NCBI GenBank assembly: GCA_002269645.1 | Contig: NIVC01000038.1 | Location: 992,001 to 1,056,000, forward strand | DNA from: Macrostomum lignano | Lineage: Eukaryota | DNA: 64,000 bases | Direction: 5' to 3' | In this document: positions 11,986-23,739 of the stretch, in pieces | Position numbering within the stretch: position 1 is the first letter of the stretch | Layout of the letters: every line of letters begins with the position of its first letter | Made by a program: the position numbers and the translations under genes | Notes under the pieces: generated by a model | The model's database searches: none | Told to the model about the DNA's origin: nothing | Seen by the model: the letters and a program-made list of their open reading frames with translations, nothing else

Positions 11986-13345
11986 ATTGTTACTTGGTTT
12001 TGTCTAGCTGTTTATATACTAAAAGTTTGTACATGCATGCTGGATGCTTTTCATGTCGTATTATGAGCATCCAGCCACGGCTCAGGTAGTTACCGAATAC
12101 CACCTTTATACTGGTGGTGCTGTCAATATACTCGTACAATAAAGTATTTTGCGGTTTAACGTACTTTCGTCTCCGTGAGACTGGTAAATGCATTTTTGAC
12201 AGAGTAAATTTATGTTGTACAATTAAATCGGGTTATTTACATGCCTAGGTGAGTCACTACATCCTGCTGGGGGGAGGGGGTGGATGGTCAAGGAGACGCA
12301 ACATGCAGTACTTCAATGAGTCCTTCTCTCCTGCTTTCTGTGTGACCTCTGATGCCAAAAGTATGACTATCTCTCTGAAGAAGCGCTACAATTGCTTGAC
12401 CTCAGTCAGAGATCTTGAGTCAGAGAGGGAACAGTGTATACAGAGACATCGAATGACAGAAAGAGAAAGAAAACAGGGAGAAGGCGGAAAAGCACACGGG
12501 CACACACACACACACACACGCAAGTTCCCTTGGGGCGTTGAATGCCTTCAACGGCTATTGGAAGGTTAAAAGAAATTAGCTATCAACAATGCCTTCTGAG
12601 AGATCTGCAAGGATAGATCAGAATATTGCGGCTGCGGAGAAAATGACTCGAGCTACAAGAGCCTAGTTTCCTCTCTCTCTTTCCTCCCTGTTTTCTTTCT
12701 TTTTAGAGCTACAGGGTTGCCCCCAATCTATTGATTTTACATTACTTATCCATGTGCCAACCCCCTCACAGAAAAGCTGTTTACGAACTCTGGAAACCAC
12801 CTGGCTTCTCCGCCCGCGTGGGTGGCGAGCTTGTGTCCACCGGAGGGGCATAAAGCACCCGCGGGACATGGAGGCCGGCAACTTTCTTCTGAAGCATTTC
12901 TGCCGATCCGCGGGATCCGGACTAAACTCAAACTGATCCAGAAGCCCTCTCGTCAAACAACTTTATTCGGCTTCTTTGCTGCATGCTCGAATTACGTGAA
13001 GGCTCGTGTAGAAAATTGCATCGCCACTTTTTTCCCACTTATCTCTCCTAAATCTCACTTTCTCTCTCACTCATCTCTCGGCCTAAATCTCACTTTCTCT
13101 CTCACTCATCTCTCGGCCTAAATCTCACTTTCTCTCTCACTCATCTATCGGCCTAAATCTAACTGTGGGAGCCCCCACATGAAAAAAAACATTTACCATA
13201 GACAAAAACTGTTTTAACAGAATTCACGAAAATTTTTACCACAGACGAAAGCAATCCTGCACGCCGAATAAAATAAGAATAAGAATGGCTGGAGTTAGTT
13301 ACGTAGTGATAAGAGTGTTTGTTATTTAGAAAATTGAAATCAACC

Positions 13346-14749
13346 ATGGCCACTCTGAGTGACAAAAATTTGGTTGGTCCATTGATAGACCTGCGCTACG
13401 TGTCTGTGTGTGGAGTTAGTAAAGAGGAGATGGTTCTAGCTGGTACGACTAGCAAGCTAGAGACAGATGCCGACAAACTGACAGCTTTGGTAGCAGATGC
13501 CAACTTCGATGATGAGCTGGCCAAGCTGATATCTGCGGATCCCGAATCGCTGGCTACGCTCGACGAACTGGATCATCTCGTGAACCAATTGGAACGAGAC
13601 AATGAGTGCCGAATAAGTGTTTCCAAGCAGAAGGCTATTATCAAGCGTCTTACTGACTGGCTTGAGAGCTGCAATGTGCATCTTGACTTCAAGAACGTCT
13701 CTGTTGAAGAACTCGCACGCTGGATTCGATACTTCTATGCTTCGAAGCGTAAACCCGATGGAGGATTTTATTCTCCTAACACCATTGTCGGGTTGCGCGC
13801 TGCTTTGTATCGCTACTTTATGAAGTTGCGCAGACTAAATATTATTGCCGAGCCAGCCTTTCACGCTGCGAACTCGATGGTACAGCATGTGTGTAATGCG
13901 TACCTAAAATCAGGAGGACGAATTCGACACTACGATGCGATTGAATCCGAAGATCTGATGAAGTTGGCCAGCTATTTTGACCGAAGCACACCAGCCCGTC
14001 TGCAGGAGGATGTGTATTTCAATATTATCTTCTATTACGACAATCCTGGCCGTGAATGGTTGCGTGGCCTGACTGCGAATTCGTTCAGCAAGACGGTCCT
14101 TGCCAACGGCATGACGGCGATCAAGCTACAAAGCAGCACTTCCAAGAATGTGAAGGGATCAGTGGATATTCGCGACTGTGATGACAACAAGGAGGCTCTT
14201 ATGGTTGCTAAGCCAGGATCAAAATGCTGCCCTGTTGCGGCCTTCAAAATGTATCTATCGAAAATTGTTGCAGTTCCCGACTGGAACTGCACCGATTTTT
14301 TTGTTCGGCCGAACCAACAGGTTGGACCAAACGGAATCTGGTACACCAAGCAAGCTGTTGGTATCAACACATTAGGGCCGCTGATGAAGACAATATCTGC
14401 AAAGGCAAATCTTTCGAAGCCGTACACAGGTCACTGTGTAAGAGCGACCGTTGTTACGGAACTTCACGAGGCTGGATACGCCGTAGAAACCATCGCTAAA
14501 GTGACGGGTAACAAGGTAAGCTGAAAACCGTTACAATGTGTGTACAAAACGTAGCAAAGCTTGCACATTGTATCTGATAGAATTATTCTTACGTTTATGC
14601 GAAAATTTCAGTCCAGTACATCCGTCGAACGGTATATTCGACGTGGAAAGCGAAGAGACACTATAATGACGGGCATGAGTGAACAATTGAGTATTGCTCT
14701 TGACGGAACTGGCTCTTCGGAGCGGCATTCGGAGTGCGGCGCAGTCTAA
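13346..14749 (+). CDS. Crypton-type (DUF3504-like) tyrosine recombinase, two exons (13346-14515, 14612-14749)
   Basis: ACCATGG start; FYASKRKPDGGFYSPNT, CPVAAFKMYLSK, WYTKQAVGINTLGPLMKTIS, YTGHCVRAT (HxxR). Phase-0 intron AAG|GTAAG...TTTCAG|TCC joins TGNK to SSTSVERY (catalytic Tyr position). Confidence 0.85.
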
Positions 14750-15115
14750 AGTGCTGTTAACAAGTGAGCCGACTACGTCGGCGTCAACAAAGAAGATGAG
14801 GATCATCGCTGATGGGGATTCCAACGTGGTGCAGTTCGTTTTCGAGTAGATAAGGATCGAAATTGATCTACGAGCTATTGTTCTTGGAAAGGAAACTATG
14901 TCTGTTTGAGTGTTCCATTGCTTTAATACGTTAATGTTGTTACTCATTTTTGTCAATATTTCTCATTTTGTGTCACTTGTTTGTTCTTATTGAAATAAAT
15001 TCAGTCTATTACCGTACAGGAATGAAAATGCATTCCTGCACTGTAAGCATTAACATTTTAAATGAAGATTTACCATGGACGAAAGCATTTCCGCACGCAT
15101 AAATGCATTCCTGCA

Positions 15116-16309
15116 CGTAGAATCAAACAAGAATACGGGCTATTCGCCGCATTTCTTATTACTTGGCAGAGAGGCAGTTTTGCCCATAGACAGCGAACTT
15201 AGAGAGCCAAATCGATATGCTAATTATCCGACTTATGTTGCCGAGCATGCAGAGAGATTAGAGAGTGCTAGAAAATTAGTAAAAGAAAAATTTGAGAAAG
15301 TGCATGACAAGAGACAGATAGACGCCGAGAATCAGAGAAAACCAAATGTTATTGAAGTAGGAAGTTTAGTGCTAATTAATAATCCACAGCTTAACATTGA
15401 TGAGTCTAATAAGTTTCATAGGAAGAAGAGAGCAGCTTTTAGAGTGCTTAAGCAAATTTCAGAAGTAGTTTTTTAAGATTCAGAAAGAAGATGGCAAATT
15501 AGTAGGTAATAAGTTATTAGTGCATAGGGATAACATGGCGCCCGTGCCAAATTCAGTGAAAGAGCCAATAGATAAGGGAAGCCAGGAGAGCGCTGAGATA
15601 GTAGAAGTTACAAATAAGGGAGGCCAGAAGAAAGCTAAGCATTTAAATAGAAAAAAATCAGCAAGAGGTAGGACAATCAAGAAAGGAAAGCCATACCAGA
15701 AAAAATAGATTAGAGAAGCCAATTATCGAATTAGAATCTGAAGAAGAAAGCTCGGATGAAGAATACCCGAATTGGTTCTGCAAAATTCGTGAAAATGAAC
15801 AATCGGTACATGAGAATGAATCAGAGCTAGAAGCCGAGACAGAAGCTGAGATAGAAAATAATATGCAACATGAGAGCCTAGCGGAAGAAGAGATGGAGAG
15901 GTCAGAGAGAGAGAGAGGGAGGAGAAGTGGCACCGGCATACACCACTAAACCACCCTTGCCACAGGCAATTGCACCAACACGAGTGTCAGCATCAGCAGT
16001 ACCACGACACCGAGTTGAGGCAGTCGCCGGAAGCGCTCAACTGGAGCTGCCCGCCGCACCAGAGTACCGGAGGACGGCGCAGCAGGTTCAGCAGCACCCC
16101 CAGATGGAATTAGGTGCGAATTTCTCGGCCATCTTGAACTCCATCCCGAGGCAGCGCCACGATTACTACAAATATTTGATCGGGCAGTTAAAAGGCTATC
16201 TATATCGTGTGGCCTTGCTTCGCCTAGATGGCAGGGGATTCATGCCTCAGGCTGCCGAGCCAAAGGAGGTCATCAAAACGCTGCGGCGAGAATTCACCTT
16301 TGAGCAAAG
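15116..16309 (+). mobile_element. Old Ty3/Gypsy relic: integrase C-terminal tail plus downstream extra ORF, truncated by a younger Gypsy
   Basis: NTGYSPHFLLLGREAVLP...GSLVLINNP...KFHRKKRAAFRV...LVHRDN is homologous to the integrase tails at 25.0 and 56.5 kb. ORF 15927-16309 runs into the LTR start at 16310. Confidence 0.75.
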
Positions 16310-16626
16310 TGTAGTGACTGGCTGCTAACTGGCTATTCAGCAGCATTCACTAGCTTTCCTTAAGAGTTGCTGTGGTCCGCTGCACAGTAGCTCAGTCCAC
16401 CTGATCGAGTGAGAGAGAGATACCCTGTGCTGGGCCTAAGTGTGTACTGCCCGATGACTCATCGCCTGAGCAGGCGTGGGCAGCCACACTCAATGTCTTC
16501 CCACTCGCGCTGCGAGGCGTACCCGTACGATACAGTAGAGGATTTAATTTTAGGGATGACTCAGGAGATGAGGAAGAAGATCCATTTGCAGGACTCAACA
16601 ACCTCGGACGCGACACCAACCCGGAC

Positions 16627-17586
16627 ATGATCCGCATGATGCTGCAGGCCATGCAACGTCAGCTTGATCTACAGCCTAAGAAGCAGGTCAAGATGAAGAG
16701 CTATACGCCATCGCAGGACATCCGCGTTTGGTTAAAGGCTTTCGACCTACGATGCGAAGCAGAAGATCTACAGGATGAAAACGATAAGAAGGCCCAATTG
16801 CTGGCGAATTTAGACTTAAATTCAGCCTACGCCGCGGTACTTCGCATGAGGCTGCCCGACCGCATCAGCTATCAACAGCTTCAGCAACGACTAATAGAGA
16901 GATTTTCACGACTCTCTGGACCAGACGAATATCGAGAAGAACTCAGAGGCCGCAGCCAGCGCAAGAACGAATCAACGGAAGATTACGCAGATGCTCTGCA
17001 GGAGCTAGGAGAGCAAGCCTTCCCTTGGCTTGAGCCTCGCCATCTAGAGCAAGAACTGATTGACCAGTTCCTGCGCGGGATTCGCACGTCATCAGACTGC
17101 CGCGAGAAACTTTTCTGGATCCGACCTACGACACTCAGCAAAGCCTTGCGAGCACTGAAAAGGATGGAACTAGTCAAAGACCTGGCTCATCGTTCGAAAG
17201 AGCCCCCGGTCAGAATGTTGGACGGGGAGGGACAAGCCTCAAAGGAGCCCAACAACAGCGCCCTTTCGAAGTTGGAAAAAGTCGTTGAGCAGCAGCAGCA
17301 TCTACTTAACACGTTGGCATAGCAGGCCACAGCCAATCAAGTGATCGGTCAAGCGAACCGACCGCCGCACTACACGTGCTATGAGTGTCATCAAGAAGGA
17401 CACAAGGCGAGAGATTGTCCGTATAGACGCCAATCAACTCAGCAGTTTACGGGAAACGGCCGGCCGGAGGACGTAAACGGCAACGCCCCCCGAGCTCCAG
17501 CCCAGGCTATGCAGCCGACACCGAACACGCCCCGGAAGAGTATGGCCCCGCAGCCGCGGCAGCTGACTCGTTCGAGTCGTCAGTAA
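16627..17586 (+). pseudogene. gag: Gypsy gag with CCHC knuckle; in-frame TAG at 17320-17322
   Basis: VWLKAFDLRC...LRGRSQRKNESTEDYADALQELGEQAFP...DQFLRGI, then CYECHQEGHKARDC in the same frame after the TAG. Confidence 0.85.
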
Positions 17587-20286
17587 ACGAGGAAACGTTG
17601 GATGGAGGTTTCGTGGACGCCTCCTTTGTAAATACTGTCCATGCGCGTGACGCCGATCCATTTATTACAGGACGAGTGGCTCGACGAGAGGTCGCCTTTC
17701 TGCTAGACAGCGGAAGCAGAAGAAACTTCCTCGGAGCGTCCACTTGGGCCGCTATCAGGCGTCGTTTACCACGTTGTATAGTTGCACCTGCTTACCCTAA
17801 CCGAGTCGCTATGTACGATGGGACCGAGTTAAGTCTCACCGCCAAGGTTATCCTATCAATTGAATTCGGGGACTATGCCGCGGAAACCGAATTCTTCGTC
17901 GCCGAAGGAGACTGTGAAAATCTTTTAGGAATTGATTTCATGCGGAGTCATTGCCAAGGACTGGACTTCCAGCAAGGAATGCTCACATTCCGACAAGGCA
18001 CCCGACTTCCGGTACGCTATTCAAGGAGAGAACTGAAGGCCTGCCGAGTGTACGTCGCTGAAAAATGCACTCTGCCGCCCCAATGTTCCTGCCTTGTCGC
18101 CATTAAACTAGCTGAAGGTTATCAGCAGAACTACGGCTCACCGATGATTATCGAACCACTCAAATCAGGACTGCGAGCGAAGCATCACCAGTTAGACGCA
18201 GCCCCGGTACTGCATACGATGACAGAAGGTCGAGGAGTGATGGAAGTACTCAACCCATCAGTCACGGAGGTTCACCTGCGTCGCAACATGCTAATGGGAG
18301 TAGCTACGCCACTCAAGACCCAGGACCTCGAGTATTTCAGCGAGTCGAATGAGCCAGAAGTCCGTCAACTGATAACGACCGAAGAAACGACTGACAGTTG
18401 GATTAACGAAGTCGACATCGGAGACCAGCTGAACAGCCATCAGAGGCACCAGGTTCAAGAATTACTCAAGGAATGCGAGAAGGCATTCTCCCTAACTCCG
18501 TTGGACCACGGATTGACACACCTGGTAACTCATGAGATTGTGCTCACAGACTGGACGCCAATCGCAATTCCTCCTCGCCGGATACCTCCGCATCTACGAC
18601 CGCAATTGGATCAGATGCTCGATGATATGCTGAAGAAGGGCATCATACGGCCAACGTACTCCAGCTACAATTCGCCGATGATCCTAGTACCAAAGAAGGA
18701 CAAGACGATTCGCATTGTGCACGACTTCAGAGCGATCAACGAAGTGACGCTGAAGCACCCGTACCCGATCCCGCACATTCAGGAAACATTCGCCAAACTC
18801 AAAGGAGCGCAGTGGTATTCAAGCCTCGACCTGGTACAAGGCTTCTACCGGATCCCTCTCCGCAAGGAAGACCAGGACATCACTGCCTTCTCTGTGCTCG
18901 ATTGTGGACAATTCTGCTTCAAGGTGCTACCAATGGGACTCACCGACAGCCCCGGATCGTTCCAGCGTTGTATCAACCAACTGCTTGAAGGACTAGCACC
19001 GCAGGCCGCTCTTGGTTACATGGACGATATCGTTGTACACGCAGTGACATTCGAAGATCACTTAGACCGTCTACGACAAGTCGTAAATCGAATTATAGCC
19101 ACCAACTTGAAGCTAAAACCGAAGAAATGCCATTTATTTAAGAAGGAGCTCCATTATTTAGGCCACGGGATTACGCCAGAAGGCCTACGAACCAGTGAAG
19201 ACAAGATCGCGCAGATGCGCAGTTGGCCAACGCCTCGGACTGTTCGTCAACTACGAAGCTTTCTTGGTCTAGCCAATTACTACAAGAAGTTCGTCGAAGA
19301 TTACTCGGGCATCGCGGCCCCGTTACACGCATTGACACGCAAGGACCTGCAAGGATTCCAGCGTCATTGGACGCAGCAGCATCAGACTGCCTTTGAGACT
19401 CTGAAGAGCAAGCTATGCTCAACCGAAGTACTCGCCCTCCCAGAGTTCACTGAAGATCCGAAGGTCAAGTTTATCCTGGATACCGACGCATCCGACACCC
19501 AAATCGGTGCATGTCTAGGACAACTGCAATCCGATGGAATAGAACGACCGATCGCATTTTTCAGTCGCAAGCTCCGTGACCCAGAAGTTCGCTACACGGT
19601 CACCAAGCGGGAGCTACTGGCTATTGTCGATGCCATGCGACACTTTCGAGAATACTTAATAGGAAAGAAGTTTGAAGTAAGAAGTGACCATAAGGCCTTG
19701 CTCTGGCTGTTACGTCAGACTGAATCTACAGGGATTCTAGGTCGATGGGTCCAAAGGATCAGCGAATTTCAGTTCACCATCTCCCATCGCAAGGGTACTG
19801 ACCACACCAACGCCGACGCGCTATCCAGACGCCCGGACACGCCTCCGTTAGAATGCGATTTCGGAGTGCTCCAAGACGTCGACGCTGTCCTGGCTTACCA
19901 CCGCGAGGAGACAGGAGACACCTCTCAGCGTGAGTGCCGCCACATTAAGGAAACTGATCCGGGCATCGATTCAGAGGCCACCGCACCAGCAGCCCTCTCA
20001 ATCGAGACCCACAATCGCGATCCAGAGGCAGAGACCGACTTGGACAACGAACCAGAGGCCACCGCTCCAGCAGCCCTCTGCCGAGTTCTCCACTGTTCAC
20101 GTCGAAGCCAGGAGACAGCAAGCTTGGATGAAGACACAGAGGCCACCGCACCAGCAGCCCTCTGCCGAGCCACCCACGCACGCCGTCGCTTCAAGGAGAC
20201 TAGCCTGGATGAAGTTCAAGAGGCCACTGTACCCTCAGCCCTCTCCAACAACAGCCATCAGGTCTACCTACAAAGTTTGGAGACTG
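17451..20286 (+). CDS. pol: Gypsy pol 5' part (protease, RT, RNase H), entered by -1 frameshift
   Basis: FLLDSGS protease; YMDDIVV RT; LDTDASD RNase H. The frame is open from the GGGAAAC heptamer at 17451. Confidence 0.9.
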
Positions 20287-20293
20287 CAATCCC

Positions 20294-20562
20294 AAATTTA
20301 TTTGCAGTCTTAATTTATTTGCAGTCTTAATTTATTTGCAGTCTTAATTTATTTGCAGTCTTAATTTATTTGCAGTCTTAATTTATTTGCAGTCTTAATT
20401 TATTTGCAGTCTTAATTTATTTGCAGTCTTAATTTATTTGCAGTCTTAATTTATTTGCAGTCTTAATTTATTTGCAGTCTTAATTTATTTGCAGTCTTAA
20501 TTTATTTGCAGTCTTAATTTATTTGCAGTCTTAATTTATTTGCAGTCTTAATTTATTTGCAG
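20294..20562 (+). repeat. 17-bp tandem array (TTAATTTATTTGCAGTC)n forming the RTE 5' leader
   Basis: About 16 perfect copies inside the TSD-bounded insertion, ending GCAGTGCAGTGCAGATAA-ATG. Confidence 0.95.
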
Positions 20563-20576
20563 TGCAGTGCAGATAA

Positions 20577-23500
20577 ATGCCGCTACCTCCTCGTGGTGAG
20601 AGTGGAGAGCCGCGCTTAACTGCTGCGGCGGCCAAATGCGGCAGGACCAAGCGAGGGCAGCGGAGCGCGCGTCGGCGAGTTGAACGCCGTCGCGAGCGAA
20701 ACTGGCGAGGTCGGCAACGTGGCGCCGCCCGCCGAGCTGCTGCTGCGCTGGCCCAATTGGATCTTCCGGGTGGCGCCGGGGACCATGAGGCTCACCAGCA
20801 TCGAGCCCCAGCCGTACCAGAGGGCACGCTTCGGGTCGGGACGCTGAACTGCCGCACTCTCAAGGCCACATGGCGGAGAGGGCTGCTGGCGAGGCTAGCG
20901 CTCGACCTCAGCTGTGATGTCATCGCACTACAGGAGGTGTCTATCAGAGCCGACCCCGGACTTCACTGTGAGGACCTGGGCGCCGGTTGGACACTCTGGT
21001 ACACCTCAGCGGATGAGCGAGGCCGTGGAGGAGTTGGAGCGCTGATCGGACCGAGGCTGCAGCAGAGCTGTCGCTGCATCTCCCTGTCTTCTCGGCTGCT
21101 TCGGGTCGACGTCCGGCTTCGCGGCCGAAACACCCGCCTGTTCTGCGCGTATGCGCCGCCTGCTACCCGCTCCGATGAGGCTCAGGCCTTCTTCGAGCAA
21201 CTCTCGGTGCGGGTGCAGGAGATGGCGCAACGTGACACAGTGGTCATTCTCGGAGACCTGAACGCAGTTCTGCGTAGGTCCGAGCGATCGCTGTTTGTGA
21301 CAGCGCGCGAGAACGGCAACACCGGAGCGCTAGAGGACTTCCTGGAGAGACAGGACATGGTGTCGGCCAACACCAGATTCCGCAAGTCACCGGGCAGGCT
21401 CGCGACCTTCGTGGGCTGCAAGCGGAGGCGGCGGAACGCGCGCGGCCGGAACGCTACGCGGAGGCTGGCACAGCTCGACCACGTGCTTGTGCGCTTTCGT
21501 GAGCGCCGCCGCGTCACCAACTGCCACACCATTACGCCGCTGGCTCTGCGGTCCGACCATCGGCTGCTCATCTGCGACCTTCGGCTTCGGGACCCGCTCT
21601 ACCGTCCGCCAAAGCGGCCACCGCGGCGCTACTACCGCGCGCTCAGGGACGCCGAGACGCGACGTCGCTTTGCCGGTGCCTTTGTCACTGCGCTGGGCGA
21701 CAAGCGTGGAGGAGCCGAGTACGCGGAGGTGAGCGCTGCAGTTCGAGCCGCTGCGGAGCAAGCAGTCCCGCTGATGCGACCGGCCCAGCGCGGGCAGCCG
21801 GTCTGGCAGGACGACCCCGCGATCGACGAAGCGAGGGAAGATCTGGAGAGGCTCCGACTGAGTGGGCGGCCAACTCGCGAGGCGGAGGAGGCTCTGGCGG
21901 CTGTCTACCTGCAGCGGCAGCAGTCCGCTGTCGATGACGCCATCCAAGCCGTCTCTGCCGCAGGGCCCGATGCCAGAGGGCGCGTGGCCTGGTCCGCCAT
22001 CAACACTCTGACGGGGCGAAAGCGGCGCATCGCGCTCAACCTGGCAGGCGACACTCCGGATGAGCGCAGGAACGAGCTGCGCGAGTTCTTCGCCGCCATT
22101 GTCAACGCGCCGCCCCCTCCGCTTCCAGAAAATCTGAGGCTGCCGCCGGAGACGCCGTTGCCGGCGGAGGAGAGCTTCAATGTTGCCCCAGTCAGCACAG
22201 CCGACGTTGTGAAGTTCGCTCGGCAGTCGCCGGGCGGCAAAGCGCTTGGTCCGGACGAGGTGCCCACCGAGGCGCTGCGGATCCACTGCGTGGCCACTGA
22301 GGTCGCCAGCGTGATGAACCGCGTGCTTTTCGGTGAGGTGGCGCCAAACGAATGGACCACGGCGCACATCGTCGCCATTCCAAAGAAGCCGGACACCACC
22401 AAGCTCGAGGAGCATCGAGGCATCTGCCTACAGTCCTGCGCCGCGAAGCTGTTCAACCGCATGCTGCTATCGCGGTTACAGCCTGTGCTGGACCCGTACC
22501 TGCGACCTGAGCAGAACGGATTCCGGCCCCATCGCGGCACAGTGACGCAGATCCTGGCTCTTCGACGAGTCATCGAGGAGGCGCGCATCCGCCAGTTGAC
22601 CCTGATCCTGATCTTCGTCGATTTCAGGAAGGCTTTCGACTCGGTCGTGAGGGACGCGCTCCCAGAGGTGCTCCGTGCGTACAACGTGCCAGAGCTGCTG
22701 ATTTCTGCTGTCATGGCGCTGTACCACGGCACGACGGCTGCTGTCTCAACACCGGACGGCCTATCGGATTTCTTCGAGACATCCTCCGGGGTGCTCCAGG
22801 GAGATACGCTAGCGCCGTTCCTATTTATTCTGGTGCTTGACTGGGTGCTACGGACTGCTCTGCCTTCCAACGACGACGGCTTCCTGCTGCGGTGACGCGT
22901 GGGTCGACGCCAACCGGAGAGACGGCTCAGCGTGCTTGGCTACGCCTATGACCTCGCCCTGCTGTCCTCGACCGTCGAGGGCGCCCAACGACAGCTGGAT
23001 AGGCTGGTTGCCGTTGCGGCGAGCGTCGGCCTGGTGGTCAACACGCAGAAGACCGTCGTGCTATGCGTGTCGGACGACACCGAGGCTGCAATCTTCTGCC
23101 GAGGCGCTGACGGACAGGCGAGTGAGCTTCCAAGATGTCAGCAGTTCGTCTACCTCGGCGGTCTGGTTCCCGACGTCCGCGAGGATCTGCGGCGTCGCCG
23201 AGGACTTGCTTGGGCTGCCTTTCGTTCTATAAGGTCAGTCCTGCAGTCCGAGGCCCTACCGGACCGCCAGAGGGCGGCGCTGTTCCAGGCGGTGATCGAG
23301 ACCGTCCTGTTATACAACGCCGAGACCTGGACGCTGACAGACTCGCTCGAGGCTCAAGTCGACGCGGCGCACGCTGGCCTGCTGCGCGCCGCCTTCAAGA
23401 TCGGCAACGAGCGAGTCACCAACACGGCGCTCTATCATCGCGCCGGCCTGGCCCGTCCTAGCGATCTGCTGCGCCGTCGGCGACTCCAGCTGGCAGGCCA

Positions 23501-23693
23501 CGTCATCCGCGCCGAGGCCTACTGTCCGGAGCCGGTGCAGGAGGTGCTGCTACTTACGTTGCAGGCACCCTACCGGCGGGGACAGGCGAAGACTCGGCGC
23601 TACGTCGACTGTCTGCTGGCTGACGCCGGCGCCCCGGAATCTGCCGGCGGTGCGGCTTTTGTTCGCGCCCAAGCTTTGAAGCGCGCCATCTGA
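20577..23693 (+). pseudogene. RTE APE-RT ORF, inactivated (TGA at 22893-22895; YADD changed to YAYD)
   Basis: VGTLNCRTL, IALQE, GDLNA, LDHVLV, SDHR (APE); PGPDE-like LGPDE, QNGFR, FVDFRKAFDSV, GVLQGDTLAPFLF (RT). The same frame continues after the stop. Confidence 0.9.
20578..20643 (+). ncRNA. HDV-like self-cleaving ribozyme core (P1 5' strand not identified)
   Basis: P2 TGCCGC(20578-83)/GCGGCA(20638-43); P3 ACC/GGT around L3 TCCTCGT; GG(20604-05) for P1.1; P4 GCCGC/GCGGC; J4/2 GGCCAAAT. Confidence 0.65.
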
Positions 23694-23739
23694 CGCTGCT
23701 TTTGTGAACTGGCAGCGTACTCTGTTGTTGTTGTTGTTG

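Larger units (their letters stand above)
20287..23739 (+). mobile_element. RTE-clade non-LTR retrotransposon, full-length insertion in Gypsy pol
   Basis: 10-bp TSD TTGGAGACTG (20277-20286 and 23740-23749); (TGT)n 3' tail; single APE-RT ORF. Removing it restores the pol frame (QSLETDLDEDSEAT). Confidence 0.93.

Noticed and set aside
11293-11986. 200-aa IPAAP/AAGI repeat proteins on both strands
   Set aside because: A 15-bp tandem repeat is stop-free in several frames; there is no unique domain or splice support.
12249-13121. Short ORFs upstream of the Crypton gene as a second Crypton protein
   Set aside because: No recognisable domain, overlapping short frames and simple repeats; insufficient support.
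17320-17325. Programmed stop-codon readthrough in gag (TAG CAG)
   Set aside because: It lies upstream of the knuckle in a Gln-rich tract, so a CAG-to-TAG mutation in a defective copy is simpler; pol is already reached by the -1 site.
21387-22870. Long antisense ORFs (342 aa, 321 aa) in the RTE
   Set aside because: Expected shadows of a GC-rich coding strand; no recognisable motifs.
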